Assembly (NCBI RefSeq): GCF_024223415.1
Contig: NZ_CP100500.1
DNA: 64,000 bases
Origin: Escherichia coli
Lineage (GTDB): Bacteria; Pseudomonadota; Gammaproteobacteria; Enterobacterales; Enterobacteriaceae
Direction: 5' to 3' (one strand)
Shown here: one piece after another, positions 42,335 to 50,837 of the stretch
Layout: each line of letters opens with the position of its first letter
Numbering within the stretch: position 1 is the first letter of the stretch
The notes under the pieces: model-generated
What the model saw: only the letters and a program-made list of their open reading frames with translations
What the model was told of the DNA's origin: nothing
The model's database searches: none
Translations under genes and position numbers: made by a program

Positions 42335-42386
42335 ATCAAGTTATAATTGATGGTGCGATATTATGCTTTGAGAAATAGGCTGTCAA
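42335..42386 (-). promoter_or_regulatory. Candidate pL: near-consensus sigma70 promoter with an operator-like palindrome at the start site
   Basis: On the minus strand: TTGACA (42381-42386), a 17-nt spacer, TAATAT (42358-42363). The 17-bp palindrome ATCAAGTTATAATTGAT lies at 42335-42351. Confidence 0.55.
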
Positions 42387-42413
42387 GAAAAAATTGATAC
42401 CGTGTGTTTTAGG

Positions 42414-42438
42414 CAGAAAAAAACGGGCAAAGCCCGTT
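42414..42438 (-). terminator. Intrinsic terminator after the cI-like repressor gene
   Basis: On the minus strand: AACGGGC-ttt-GCCCGTT followed by a T-run. Confidence 0.7.
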
Positions 42439-42449
42439 AAAATCAAAGA

Positions 42450-43139
42450 CTAACCAAATCTGTTTATATTGAATGGTACTGATGAGATCACTTTAGACTG
42501 GATATAAAGCAGAGCTAACCCCTCTTTTTCGATGCTCCATGGTTGATAATTGGGGTTATCAGATAACACCATGATTTTGCTTCCAATTTTTTGAAGTCTT
42601 TTCACGTAGCATTCTCCATCAAAACAAAATGCATAAATGCCATCGCCATCAAAATAAGTTACTGTCTTATCAAGAAAAAGAAGGTCGCCAGGTGAGATTG
42701 TGGGAGCCATACTGTCTCCTCTGGCGTTACCTATTTCTATATTTTTGAATGCCCGATTTCCAACAAGGCGTCGGGCATATTCAGGATCAAGTTCTATTGA
42801 GCGCACTACATCTATCAAGTCACCACGGACATGAGTTCCATCACCGCAACTAAACTCAACATCAAGGACATTAAACACGACGCTATCTGTTCTTGTCTGG
42901 TGTTTCTCTTGCGAGGAAAAGGTTGGTGAGGAGTCTTCACCTAAGAACCAGGATTGTGGATAACCGCTAATCTCGGATAAATGCGCGAGCTTATCACTCC
43001 GTGGAAATGTTTTTCCTGTTGTCCAGTACTGCACTGATTGCGCACTCACACCTAACTTGCGGGCCAGTTGAGCCTGAGTCCATCCTTTTGCTTTCAGCAT
43101 CGCGGCTATTCGATTTTCCGTGTTTTTGACGTTCTTCAT
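42450..43139 (-). CDS. cI: CI-like prophage repressor: XRE HTH plus S24 (LexA-like) autopeptidase (229 aa)
   Basis: N-terminal HTH (KGWTQAQLARKLGVSAQSVQYWTTGKTFP). C-terminal GDSMAPT (Ser) and YVKRL (Lys) catalytic dyad. ATG at 43137-43139. Confidence 0.85.
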   Translation of the reverse strand: MKNVKNTENRIAAMLKAKGWTQAQLARKLGVSAQSVQYWTTGKTFPRSDKLAHLSEISGYPQSWFLGEDSSPTFSSQEKHQTRTDSVVFNVLDVEFSCGDGTHVRGDLIDVVRSIELDPEYARRLVGNRAFKNIEIGNARGDSMAPTISPGDLLFLDKTVTYFDGDGIYAFCFDGECYVKRLQKIGSKIMVLSDNPNYQPWSIEKEGLALLYIQSKVISSVPFNINRFG

Positions 43140-43272
43140 GACCAAATCCTGTGGGTTTCTTTACAAGGATAAATCTTTACTTGATTTTAGTGTATTCGAT
43201 CCTTTTGCAACTTGCATGTTAATTTAAACTTGATGTATTCTTGATTCATAAAGTTAATGTTGGTGCTTTGTT
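43140..43272. promoter_or_regulatory. Immunity switch region (divergent pRM/pR-type promoters and operators)
   Basis: 133-bp AT-rich gap between the divergent repressor and cro-like genes. Repeated (A)CTTGAT motifs at about 43180, 43229 and 43240. Palindrome TGCAAcTTGCA at 43206-43216. The CTTGAT motif recurs in the pL palindrome. Confidence 0.5.
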
Positions 43273-43572
43273 ATGAAAGGAAATGATTACGATAAACTTC
43301 GTGCATTAATTGCGCAAAATGCCATAGCGCGAAATCTTGGTGTGACGCCGCAAGCGGTGAATCAGTGGTTTTCAAAAAACACAATTCCTGCTCGTTTCGT
43401 TTTACGCGTATGTGAAGTAGTTGCATGGAAGGTCACGCCACATGGCTTAAGGCCAGATCTTTATCCTCACCCTGAAGATGGAATTCCTGATTCGTTACGC
43501 AAAATTTCAAATCCAAGCTTAGCGCGCACGGAAGATGGGCAGAGTGATTCATCAGAAATGTCCACGCGATGA
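43273..43572 (+). CDS. Cro/YdaS-like HTH protein (99 aa)
   Basis: IARNLGVTPQAVNQWFSKNTIPARFVLRVCEV... is YdaS/Cro-like. First gene rightward of the immunity region. Confidence 0.7.
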   Translation: MKGNDYDKLRALIAQNAIARNLGVTPQAVNQWFSKNTIPARFVLRVCEVVAWKVTPHGLRPDLYPHPEDGIPDSLRKISNPSLARTEDGQSDSSEMSTR

Positions 43573-43648
43573 ACGGTTACTGAACGAAAAAAGAAAAGCC
43601 GGGCCGCACTCCATCAGCCCGACTTATTCTGATTAGTAAGGGGATTTC

Positions 43649-44494
43649 ATGATGATCAATAAACAAAAATTAGTCAACCCTGAAAACCTGCCAGTTATTG
43701 CTGGTGTAGAAATTTCAACTGATATGGTTGGGCGCTTTAATCTGAATGCATTGCATCGAGCCAGCGGTCTTGGCCCCAATAAAGCTCCGACGCAGTGGTT
43801 GCGTACTCAGTCAGCTAAACAACTTATTGAAGAGCTGGAAAAAGAAACTATGCAGAATTGCATAGTTTCACTGGAAGGGCGGAATGGCGGTACTTTTGCG
43901 CACGAACTGCTTGCTGTTGAATATGCAGGATGGATTTCTCCTGCGTTCCGGTTGCAGGTGAACCAGACTTTTATTGACTATCGTACTGGCAAACTTACAG
44001 CGGGCAATAATCAGTTGCCCAATTTTGACGATCCGATCGCTGCTGCTGAAGCGTGGATTGAAGCCAAAAAATCCGAACGCCTTGCTCTCGGGTATGCAGA
44101 GCGTCAGGCTCGCTACATCAGCAAACTCGAAAGCCATCTCGCCGATGGCATCACTCCTGTGCAGTTCTGCAAACAGCTCAACGGTGTAAACACTCGTCAG
44201 ATTAATGCGTTCCTTGAAGAGCGTAACTGGCTGTATGACGACCGTCCGGAGGCTATGTATCCGCGCTGGCGTGTAAAAGCGTATGCACGTGACCAATACC
44301 TGACTGAGCGTTCTGGGCAGGTTGAGCAGGAAAACGGGGAAATGCGCGAGATTTTCAAACCACTCCTGAAGAAAAAAGGTGCCGCCTGGTTATATCGCCA
44401 TTATCTGAACGGCGAACTACCGATGAAGAAAACATGGGATGGGCTGTTTACCCATAACACTGAGCTCGCGAATCTTTTACAGGAGAGCAAATGA
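43649..44494 (+). CDS. KilA-N domain / antirepressor (Ant/KilAC)-type protein (281 aa)
   Basis: N-terminal KilA-N-like region (RFNLNALHRASGLGPNKAPTQWLR...TFAHELLAVEYAGWISPAFRLQV). C-terminal antirepressor-like domain. Confidence 0.65.
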   Translation: MMINKQKLVNPENLPVIAGVEISTDMVGRFNLNALHRASGLGPNKAPTQWLRTQSAKQLIEELEKETMQNCIVSLEGRNGGTFAHELLAVEYAGWISPAFRLQVNQTFIDYRTGKLTAGNNQLPNFDDPIAAAEAWIEAKKSERLALGYAERQARYISKLESHLADGITPVQFCKQLNGVNTRQINAFLEERNWLYDDRPEAMYPRWRVKAYARDQYLTERSGQVEQENGEMREIFKPLLKKKGAAWLYRHYLNGELPMKKTWDGLFTHNTELANLLQESK

Positions 44495-44703
44495 TGCAAA
44501 CCAAGACATGTGTAACTGGTGATGTCGATCTGAAACCTTGCCCGTTCTGCGGAAATCCGGAAGTACAACTCATTGAGGTGAAATATTTTCTGGATGGCGA
44601 TGATGGTTATTACGTCGCATGTACTTGCTGTAACGCAAACCAGATTCCTGATTCGAAAGAACGTGCTGTTCATGACTGGAACCAGCGCGAAAACGCGGAT
44701 TGA
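44491..44703 (+). CDS. lar: Lar-family restriction alleviation protein (70 aa)
   Basis: KPCPFCG...CTCC zinc-ribbon pattern typical of Lar-family proteins. ATGA overlap with the upstream gene. Confidence 0.6.
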   Translation: MMQTKTCVTGDVDLKPCPFCGNPEVQLIEVKYFLDGDDGYYVACTCCNANQIPDSKERAVHDWNQRENAD

Positions 44704-44797
44704 CGGCGAGTAGGTACAAAATGATCCGCAACCAACATATTGATTCTGCAATTTCGGGACGTTACACTGTTCCAGCACCTTATAAAGCGGGTGCCGG

Positions 44798-45006
44798 GAT
44801 TGGAACCCCGGAATTGCATACGGCGATATACGACGCGCCAGCGTCTTTTTTATCGTCCGCGCTCACGCACGCCAGAATTATGGTGGGCTGGGCAGGGGAG
44901 CCGAAAGGCTCGCCGGTTTCCGTATGCGCCGGTAGTTCCAACCCTGTCCAGTTCACCACCAGTGAGATTGGAACCTCCGGTGGTGGAAGTTATCCATTGC
45001 ATACGG
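44798..45006 (+). ncRNA. Candidate structured cis-regulatory RNA / triple-repeat element between lar and rha
   Basis: Three copies of GRTTGGAAC..CCGG..GCATACGG: 44798-44823 direct, 44920-44943 inverted, 44966-45006 direct. A 16-bp helix pairs 44882-44897 with 44942-44957, and its 3 non-Watson-Crick pairs are all G-U on the + strand. A GAGCC-GAAA-GGCTC tetraloop hairpin lies at 44898-44911. A terminator-like hairpin plus T6 lies at 44832-44851. Confidence 0.4.
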
Positions 45007-45017
45007 AGGCTGCCATC

Positions 45018-45380
45018 ATGGCTACAGTCCCAACTTCCCCATACCTGAAAATCGAAGTCGTCAACGGCAAGGCCGTTATTTTCTCCCTGCATGTTGCCTG
45101 CCATTTCAAGCGCATGCACCAGAACATCGTCGACAAAATCGAGTATCTGAACTGCTCGCGCGAATTTTTTACCCGCAATTTCATACCGGGTACTTATCAC
45201 ATCTATGGTGACTCCCTGCGTGGTTATTACATCACCCTTGATGGTCTGATGATGCTTCAGCTTGGGTTAAGTCTACGCACAATGCGGTACTACGAGAGCT
45301 GCATTGAAGCATTCCAGGAGGCAGGGAACAGCCTGAATCTTACCGCTTTCCGCCGTAATCAGTGGGAGGCGCGTCCATGA
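45018..45380 (+). CDS. rha: Rha-family phage regulatory protein (120 aa)
   Basis: A GGAGG RBS precedes the ATG at 45018. KAVIFSLHVACHFKRMHQNIVDKIEYL...YYITLDGLMMLQLGL...IEAFQE fits the Rha domain pattern. The longer TTG-initiated ORF (44700) adds a non-protein-like GC-rich N-terminus. Confidence 0.6.
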   Translation: MATVPTSPYLKIEVVNGKAVIFSLHVACHFKRMHQNIVDKIEYLNCSREFFTRNFIPGTYHIYGDSLRGYYITLDGLMMLQLGLSLRTMRYYESCIEAFQEAGNSLNLTAFRRNQWEARP

Positions 45381-45571
45381 TTAGTTACGAAATTATTATT
45401 TCCACAACTGAATACAGAAACGATGTATCAGTTAGCACGGATGTATCTGTCTGGCACCGTCGCTATAAATCCAGAAAAACGGCAGAACTGAAAGCGGCAG
45501 AGATGTGTGAAACCATCTCAATGAAAGGTAGCCCGGTTAAATACGTAACTACGGCGGAGGTGCGTCCATGA
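45377..45571 (+). CDS. Hypothetical phage protein (64 aa)
   Basis: ORF 45362..45571. The ATG at 45377 overlaps the rha stop (ATGA). Confidence 0.5.
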   Translation: MISYEIIISTTEYRNDVSVSTDVSVWHRRYKSRKTAELKAAEMCETISMKGSPVKYVTTAEVRP

Positions 45572-45792
45572 TCCGCCACATCGTTAATTTCCGGTATCAC
45601 CGATACAACCATTGCCCCCGTGTGGGGCAGTGGTTCACCACCAGCAACGGCCACGTTCTGCGGGTTTGCCTGGTCAATACAGAAAGCCAGAAGGTTGTCT
45701 GCCAGGTTCAGGGACGTACTCATACCCTGAGTTATCCACTGGCAGTGTTTCAGTCCGGAAAAATGTTTAAACGCCTGGGAGGTGCCGTGTGA
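45568..45792 (+). CDS. Hypothetical phage protein (74 aa)
   Basis: ORF track. ATGA coupling on both sides. Confidence 0.5.
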   Translation: MIRHIVNFRYHRYNHCPRVGQWFTTSNGHVLRVCLVNTESQKVVCQVQGRTHTLSYPLAVFQSGKMFKRLGGAV

Positions 45793-46781
45793 GTCGTTAC
45801 GCACCTACACCGGAAGTTATGGCTATTGGTCAAATTAATATTTCCGGCAATGTCACCCCCGCGAACTGGTGGAAACATATTCGGCTACCCAGTGGTCGTC
45901 CGGATGCGACTGCTATCGCCTTGCTTTCAGAAATTGTTTACTGGTACCGCCCGACAGAACTCCGGGATGAGCATACCGGGGCTTTGCTGGGATATCGCAA
46001 GCGTTTTCAGGGTGACAAACTGCAAAGAAGCTATCAGGCGTTTGCTGAGCAATTTGGCTTCGGGAAAAGGGAAACCGCAGATGCGCTGAAGCGTCTTCGC
46101 GATGCAGGGTTTATTACTCTGGATTTACGCACCGTAGAAATGCTCGATGGTGTGAAATGCAGCAATATTTTGTTTGTCGGGATCAACCCACAGGCAGTTG
46201 CTGCCATTACCACACCTTCTTCTGTTTCGCCAGAAAGTAACAGCAATAACGCAATCAGCGACACAGCTATTACGTTAAAACGGAACACCCCCCAACGTCA
46301 TAACGGAACAGGGGATACGCCGAATGTTGATACAAATACAGAGATTACTACAGAGATTACAACGGAGACTAAAAACACTATTGGCGCATCCGCTGACGCG
46401 TCTGCACCAGCGCGTTCCGCCCGACAGGAATATTCACCGGAATTTGAACAGGTCTGGCAGGAATATCCCAAACGTGCTGGTGGCAATTCCAAGTCAGCAG
46501 CCTTCAAAGCCTGGAAAGCCCGTCTCAGGGAGGGAATAAAACCGGAGACCATGCTTGATGGTGTGAGACGTTATGCCGCCTGGGTACGTGCTACAGGAAA
46601 TACCGGCACACAGTTCGTGAAGCAGGCGTCGACGTTCTTTGGCCCCGATCGGCACTTTGACGAATCCTGGCAACAGCCAGCCGCTCCCGGAGGTGGGCGA
46701 CAGCGACAGGTCGATGTCCTGGCTGGCCTGGGAGCCATGTCTGACAAATTCGGTAAATCCAGTGACAAATTGACATTCTGA
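45789..46781 (+). CDS. Replication initiation / replisome-organiser protein (O-like, 330 aa)
   Basis: Lies immediately upstream of the helicase loader and helicase. Winged-helix-like N-terminal half. TEITTEITTE linker encoded by short tandem DNA repeats. Confidence 0.6.
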   Translation: MSRYAPTPEVMAIGQINISGNVTPANWWKHIRLPSGRPDATAIALLSEIVYWYRPTELRDEHTGALLGYRKRFQGDKLQRSYQAFAEQFGFGKRETADALKRLRDAGFITLDLRTVEMLDGVKCSNILFVGINPQAVAAITTPSSVSPESNSNNAISDTAITLKRNTPQRHNGTGDTPNVDTNTEITTEITTETKNTIGASADASAPARSARQEYSPEFEQVWQEYPKRAGGNSKSAAFKAWKARLREGIKPETMLDGVRRYAAWVRATGNTGTQFVKQASTFFGPDRHFDESWQQPAAPGGGRQRQVDVLAGLGAMSDKFGKSSDKLTF

Positions 46782-46791
46782 GGTGACAGCG

Positions 46792-47670
46792 ATGATGACA
46801 CTTAACCTGCGTGAACAACAAACAAGACTACAGGCGCGGATGGATGAGTTACGGGCAGAGATTGCATTTGCTCAGAATGGCGAAAAGCCATGGCCTTATC
46901 GATCCTGCTGGATGCGTGAAGGGCGCGGGTGTTGCGAAAAACATGGCGAATACCACACACATATTCTGGTGTGGAGCGATCGTAATGGCGAGGATAGAGA
47001 AAAAATTTCATGCTGCCCTGACTGCTTGATAGCTGAGGCCAACGATTTGACCATGGAGCTGTCGTCCCTCAAGGCGGAAGAACTGACTGATAACGCCGGA
47101 ATTGCTCTGCGTTTTCGGGACTGCGAGTTTGATAATTATCTGGAGGTTAATCCTGACGCAGCCAGAAATCTTGCGGCCTGTCGCCGCTATGCGGAGAACT
47201 GGCCAGATATGCTGGAGAACGGTACCAGTCTTGTTATGACCGGCAGTTGCGGTACCGGGAAAAATCATCTGGCGGTATCAATGGCAAAACACATCATCCG
47301 TAACTATCTGGCCAGTGTGGAGATCACCGACGTGATGCGCCTTACCCGTGCTGTGAAAAACTGCTGGCGGAATGACAGTGAAAAAACAGCGGATGACGTC
47401 ATTGAGCATTATGCGTCACTGGATTTGCTGATCATCGACGAAGTCGGCGTTCAGTTTGGCAGTGCGGCTAAAATGGCCATTTTGCAGGAAATTATCAATG
47501 CCCGGTATGAGGGTATTTTGCCAACTATCTTGATCAGCAACCTTTCACCGGAAGAATTGTGGGCGTTCATCAGTCCCCGGATTGCCGACAGGATCACCGA
47601 TGGCGGGCGCAACTGGTTGTCGTTTAACTGGCCCAGCTACCGTTCTCGTATCGGAGGTGTTGCCGCATGA
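46792..47670 (+). CDS. DnaC/IstB-like AAA+ helicase loader
   Basis: Walker A (GSCGTGKNHL) and Walker B (LLIIDEVG). GAGG RBS before the ATG at 46792. The ORF-track GTG is at 46783. Confidence 0.8.
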   Translation: MMTLNLREQQTRLQARMDELRAEIAFAQNGEKPWPYRSCWMREGRGCCEKHGEYHTHILVWSDRNGEDREKISCCPDCLIAEANDLTMELSSLKAEELTDNAGIALRFRDCEFDNYLEVNPDAARNLAACRRYAENWPDMLENGTSLVMTGSCGTGKNHLAVSMAKHIIRNYLASVEITDVMRLTRAVKNCWRNDSEKTADDVIEHYASLDLLIIDEVGVQFGSAAKMAILQEIINARYEGILPTILISNLSPEELWAFISPRIADRITDGGRNWLSFNWPSYRSRIGGVAA

Positions 47671-49067
47671 CCAGCCAGAACACCCCGGCATGGCGTAACG
47701 ATGACCTGGAAGGTGCGGTGATTGGCGCGTTTTTTCTGCGTGGGGCAGATCCGGAAGTGATGGATATTCTGGCCACGCTTCCGGCGGATGTATTTTTCGT
47801 GCGTCAGTACCGGGATATTTACGCGGGGATTTGCAGACAGGCCCGCGTATCCGGCGTCATTGACCCCGTGCTGCTGTGCAATGAGATGCCGGAACTTGCC
47901 CCGGTGATTACCGACACCGGGCGCAAAACCTGGGTGAAGTCTTCACTGGAACACTATGTTGCAGCGCTGCGGCGAAATGCCGTACTGCGCGATGCAGAAA
48001 AAACACTGACCGAAGCATTACAGAATTTACGGGATGCACATACCTGCGAAGCAGCCGAGGATGCCCTGAAGGATGCGCAGAACATGATGGCCTCACTGTC
48101 GACCGGAAAGGGCGTCATTCAGCCGGTTCACATTGATGATGTCCTTCCGGAAGTGGTGGGCCGTGTTGAATGCCGGAATCAGGGACTGGAGAAATCCAGA
48201 ACGCTGATGACCGGTATTGATGAACTGGACGCAAAAACAGGGGGTATGGAGCCAGGCGACCTGGTATTCATTGCGGCTCGTCCTTCGATGGGGAAAACCG
48301 AACTGGCGCTGGACATCATCGACAAGGTGACTGAGCAGGGGCATGGCGTGCTTCTGTTCACCATGGAGATGGCGAACATCCAGATTGGTGAACGTATGGT
48401 GTCTTCTGCCGGTGGAATGCCGGTATCCCGTCTTAAGTCTGCTGCCCGTTTTGAAGACGAAGACTGGGCACGTTTCTCACAGGGTGTGGGACGAATGACG
48501 GGGCGTAATATCTGGATGGTGGACCAGGCAAATCTGACCATTGATGAGATATGTGCAACCACGAGGTACCACCGGATGAAGCATCCGGAAACGGCGCTGG
48601 TGGTGGTTGATTACCTCGGTCTGATTAAAACCCGCAGCACGGGGCGTCACGACCTTGCTGTGGGGGAAATCTCAAAGGGACTTAAAAGTCTGGCAAAATC
48701 CGGCGGTTTCCCGCTGATTGCACTGAGTCAGCTCTCCCGTGGTGTGGAATCCAGACCCAATAAACGCCCCATGAACTCGGATCTGAAAAATTCCGGGGAA
48801 ATAGAGGCGGATGCCGACATCATTCTGATGCTTTACAGGGATGAGGTGTATAACCCGGATACACAGGCCAGAGGCATAGCAGAAATCAACATCACGAAAC
48901 AGCGTAATGGCACTCTCGGGACCATTTACCGGCGTTTTCATAACGGGCATTTTCTGCCTGTGGATCAGGAAAGCGCTCAGGTTCTTTCCACACCCATGAC
49001 GCCGGGCAATCCGCGCAGATACAGCAATAACCGCATGTCGGGCAGTAAAGCGGAGCGTTTATTTTGA
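47667..49067 (+). CDS. DnaB-family replicative helicase (466 aa)
   Basis: Walker A (ARPSMGKTELAL). DnaB C-terminal motifs (VVDYLGL, ALSQLSR). Confidence 0.85.
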   Translation: MTSQNTPAWRNDDLEGAVIGAFFLRGADPEVMDILATLPADVFFVRQYRDIYAGICRQARVSGVIDPVLLCNEMPELAPVITDTGRKTWVKSSLEHYVAALRRNAVLRDAEKTLTEALQNLRDAHTCEAAEDALKDAQNMMASLSTGKGVIQPVHIDDVLPEVVGRVECRNQGLEKSRTLMTGIDELDAKTGGMEPGDLVFIAARPSMGKTELALDIIDKVTEQGHGVLLFTMEMANIQIGERMVSSAGGMPVSRLKSAARFEDEDWARFSQGVGRMTGRNIWMVDQANLTIDEICATTRYHRMKHPETALVVVDYLGLIKTRSTGRHDLAVGEISKGLKSLAKSGGFPLIALSQLSRGVESRPNKRPMNSDLKNSGEIEADADIILMLYRDEVYNPDTQARGIAEINITKQRNGTLGTIYRRFHNGHFLPVDQESAQVLSTPMTPGNPRRYSNNRMSGSKAERLF

Positions 49068-49321
49068 ATAACAGAACAGCCACTGTTTCACCGGAACAAC
49101 TTCGTCGCCAGGCGCAGGAGATGCTTCGTTGTGCTGAACAGATGGAAAAAATGAGCGTGGCAAAGGATACGCTCCGCAAGCAGCTTACTCCGGCGCTTCG
49201 TGATCTGCTGCAGGCAAAACACCGCACACAAAAGGCGGTGGATGAGCTGGTGGATTGCGTGGCGGAACTGGAAGGCAAGGTAAGCCAGTTTGAAACTCTG
49301 GTGAAGGAGTTTACTGCGTGA
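49064..49321 (+). CDS. Hypothetical coiled-coil protein (85 aa)
   Basis: ORF track. Overlaps the helicase stop. Confidence 0.5.
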   Translation: MNNRTATVSPEQLRRQAQEMLRCAEQMEKMSVAKDTLRKQLTPALRDLLQAKHRTQKAVDELVDCVAELEGKVSQFETLVKEFTA

Positions 49322-49366
49322 TGGCTGAATTTTTTCTCCTGTGTTCATGCAATATCGTTCGCTGAG

Positions 49367-50362
49367 GTGACCGTGAGAGCACTACTGACCCCTGAAATTG
49401 CCCCGCGTATGGGGATCGTATTGTTCAGGCCAGGTTCAGAGCTGATGCCCCTGTTTATGCAGGGGCGTGTCCTGCTGGAGCCTGAGCCGGAACGTTATTC
49501 ATCTTTCGCCAGTGGTGCCGTTCCGGCGGCATCACAACCGCTGGCGGATGATCCTGCCGTACGGGCCGTGTTCCGCAATGAGGCAGTAATCCGTCGTGCT
49601 GGTGGCGTGGAATGTCTTGAAAGCTGGTTACTTCGTGAAAAAGGCTGCCAGTGGCCTCATTCCGACTGGCACAGCGAGAACATGACCACAATGCGACACG
49701 CTCCGGGTGCAATCCGTCTGTGCTGGCACTGCGATAACCAGCTGTGCGATCAGTTCACGGAACGGCTGGAATCAATGGCAACGGATAACTGTGCTCGCTG
49801 GGTGTTGTCTGTCGTGCGTCGGGATCTCGGTTTTGATGATAGTCATGTTGTGACAATGCCGGAACTGTGCTGGTGGCTGGTTCGTAATGACCTGGCGGAT
49901 ACCTTACCGGAAAGTGCAGCCCGTAAGGCACTGAGATTACCGAATCCTGTTGTGCCGTCTGTCACCCGGGAGAGTGACCTTGTTCCTTCGGTTCCTGCCA
50001 CCAGCATTATCCAGGATAAAGCGAAAAAGGTGCTGGCGCTGAAAGTGGATCCGGAGTCGCCGGAGTCTTTTATGTTACGCCCAAAACGTCGCCGCTGGGT
50101 TAATGAAAAGTACACGCGCTGGGTTAAGACACAGCCGTGTGCATGTTGTGGAAAGCCTGCTGATGATCCCCACCACCTGATAGGTCACGGTCAGGGGGGA
50201 ATGGGTACAAAAGCGCATGACCTCTTTGTGTTGCCTTTGTGCAGAAAGCATCACGACGAGCTGCATGCGGATACCGTGGCATTTGAAGTGAAGTATGGCT
50301 CCCAGCTGGAGCTGATATTTCGTTTTATCGATCGTGCGCTGGCAACTGGTGTGCTGGCCTGA
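49367..50362 (+). CDS. DUF968-type protein with a C-terminal Cys/His (HNH-like) motif (331 aa)
   Basis: C-terminus reads [45 protein letters not shown]. This is a common lambdoid nin-region gene. Confidence 0.65.
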   Translation: MTVRALLTPEIAPRMGIVLFRPGSELMPLFMQGRVLLEPEPERYSSFASGAVPAASQPLADDPAVRAVFRNEAVIRRAGGVECLESWLLREKGCQWPHSDWHSENMTTMRHAPGAIRLCWHCDNQLCDQFTERLESMATDNCARWVLSVVRRDLGFDDSHVVTMPELCWWLVRNDLADTLPESAARKALRLPNPVVPSVTRESDLVPSVPATSIIQDKAKKVLALKVDPESPESFMLRPKRRRWVNEKYTRWVKTQPCACCGKPADDPHHLIGHGQGGMGTKAHDLFVLPLCRKHHDELHADTVAFEVKYGSQLELIFRFIDRALATGVLA

Positions 50363-50379
50363 TTTTGTGGAGAAAGTTG

Positions 50380-50802
50380 ATGCGTGATATTCAAATGGTT
50401 CTTGAACGTTGGGGGGCATGGGTCGCAAATAATCATGAAGACGTGGAATGGTCAGGCATTGCCGCCGGATTTAAGGGGCTGATACCGTCAAAAGTAAAAT
50501 CGCGATCGCAGTGTTCCGATGATGACGCGATGATTATATGTGGTTGTATGGCTCGCCTGAAAAAGAACAACGCCGATATGCATGACATGCTGGTTGATTA
50601 CTACGTATATGGGATGACGTTCATGAAGTTAGCAATGAAACATGGATGTTCGGATACGCATATTGGAAAGCGTTTGCAAAAAGCTGAAGGAGTGGTTGAT
50701 GGTATGTTGATGATGCTAGATGTTCGCCTTGAGATGGATCGATATGTGAGCACAAATTATTCGATACGTCGTAAAACTGCGTCCTCCAGGGCAGGGATAT
50801 AA
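50380..50802 (+). CDS. Q: Late-gene antiterminator Q (140 aa)
   Basis: [22 protein letters not shown]...[18 protein letters not shown]... resembles the Q proteins of Stx-type lambdoid phages. Confidence 0.8.
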   Translation: MRDIQMVLERWGAWVANNHEDVEWSGIAAGFKGLIPSKVKSRSQCSDDDAMIICGCMARLKKNNADMHDMLVDYYVYGMTFMKLAMKHGCSDTHIGKRLQKAEGVVDGMLMMLDVRLEMDRYVSTNYSIRRKTASSRAGI

Positions 50803-50809
50803 GGCGTAC

Positions 50810-50837
50810 AAAATAAAAAATGGGCGCAAAGCGCCCA
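50810..50837 (-). terminator. Intrinsic terminator (minus strand), downstream of the porin gene
   Basis: TGGGCGC-ttt-GCGCCCA followed on the minus strand by TTTTTTATTTT. Confidence 0.6.

Noticed and set aside
44700-45017. N-terminal 105-aa extension of Rha from a TTG start (ORF 44700..45380), plus overlapping ORFs 44740..45048 (+) and 44850..45200 (-)
   Set aside because: The stretch is open in several frames because it is GC-rich. The translation is Gly/Ser/Ala/Pro/Thr-rich with no Rha-like features. A strong RBS and ATG at 45018 give a normal Rha domain protein. The region is better explained by the repeat/helix element reported in the findings. Confirmation still needs comparative data.
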